From Massalongia carnosa (taxonomy: Eukaryota), in the NCBI GenBank assembly GCA_965645245.1, contig OZ287084.1, positions 992,001 to 1,056,000 on the forward strand: 64,000 nucleotides of DNA. The letters are read 5' to 3'. The number at the start of each line of letters is the position of its first letter. Position 1 is the first letter of the stretch. Positions 63,834 through 64,000 of this stretch are shown here, piece after piece. Under the pieces are notes generated by a model. That model ran no database searches and was not told the DNA's origin. It saw only the letters and a list, made by a program, of their open reading frames with translations. The position numbers were made by a program, and so were the translations under genes.

Positions 63834-64000
63834 GCAACAGTCTGGTGGCGGGGTTACATCGGGGGAGGGGTGGCGTGAATCATTTTCAATTGTGGCTTCT
63901 CTGGAGTCTGGTTGGGATGTGACTCGGCCTGTTCGGCTGCGTGCGCCTCTGCCTCGACCACGATTGACGGGCGCGCCGCGAGGAGGATTCGTCTGGCGAT

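Larger units (their letters stand above)
59367..64000 (-). mobile_element. Tyrosine-recombinase retrotransposon (DIRS/Ngaro-type), decayed; continues beyond the window
   Basis: Domain order gag-like ORF with Zn fingers, then RT (SSPLGLVPK..WRRIHHLSHP, KRDLADAFRHIP, FGLRTSP, HYLDDF), RNase H (WTDASG, HINVKEM, GDNQAVV, NTLADMLSR), and tyrosine recombinase (FLR..SKTD..HSFRRGAAT..GRWKSDAYRLY). Confidence 0.93.

Overview
Eukaryotic, intron-containing DNA from a filamentous ascomycete (Pezizomycotina, inferred from gene content and GT-AG/CTAAC introns). About 0.4-49 kb is gene-dense. It holds CAP1, a conserved hypothetical gene, a group II PLP decarboxylase, a KEL3-like kelch protein, an SGS1/RecQ helicase, a large Ser/Pro-rich protein, MON1, DOP1, two tandem paralogous secreted Cys-rich proteins, a small mitochondrial-type protein whose long intron looks structured, a CCCH/CHY zinc-finger protein and an MKS1-like DUF1752/DUF3295 protein. 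A 5'-truncated LINE with a clean 13-bp TSD lies at about 35.6-36.3 kb. From about 52 kb to the end is a nested mobile-element cluster: a Tad1-like LINE, a decayed tyrosine-recombinase (DIRS/Ngaro-type) retrotransposon, and non-coding DNA. The most unusual signal is a pair of ~650-700 nt ORF-less, hairpin-rich sequences (52.26-52.92 kb on +, 57.32-58.03 kb on -). They are diverged but share a colinear, similarly spaced series of short motifs and a long-range helix. One sits in a ~1.9-kb unit that appears to share its terminus with the YR retrotransposon and carries four B-box/T-loop-like motifs plus minisatellites. This is a candidate undescribed non-autonomous, structured-RNA element. Exon boundaries were read by eye and are approximate.
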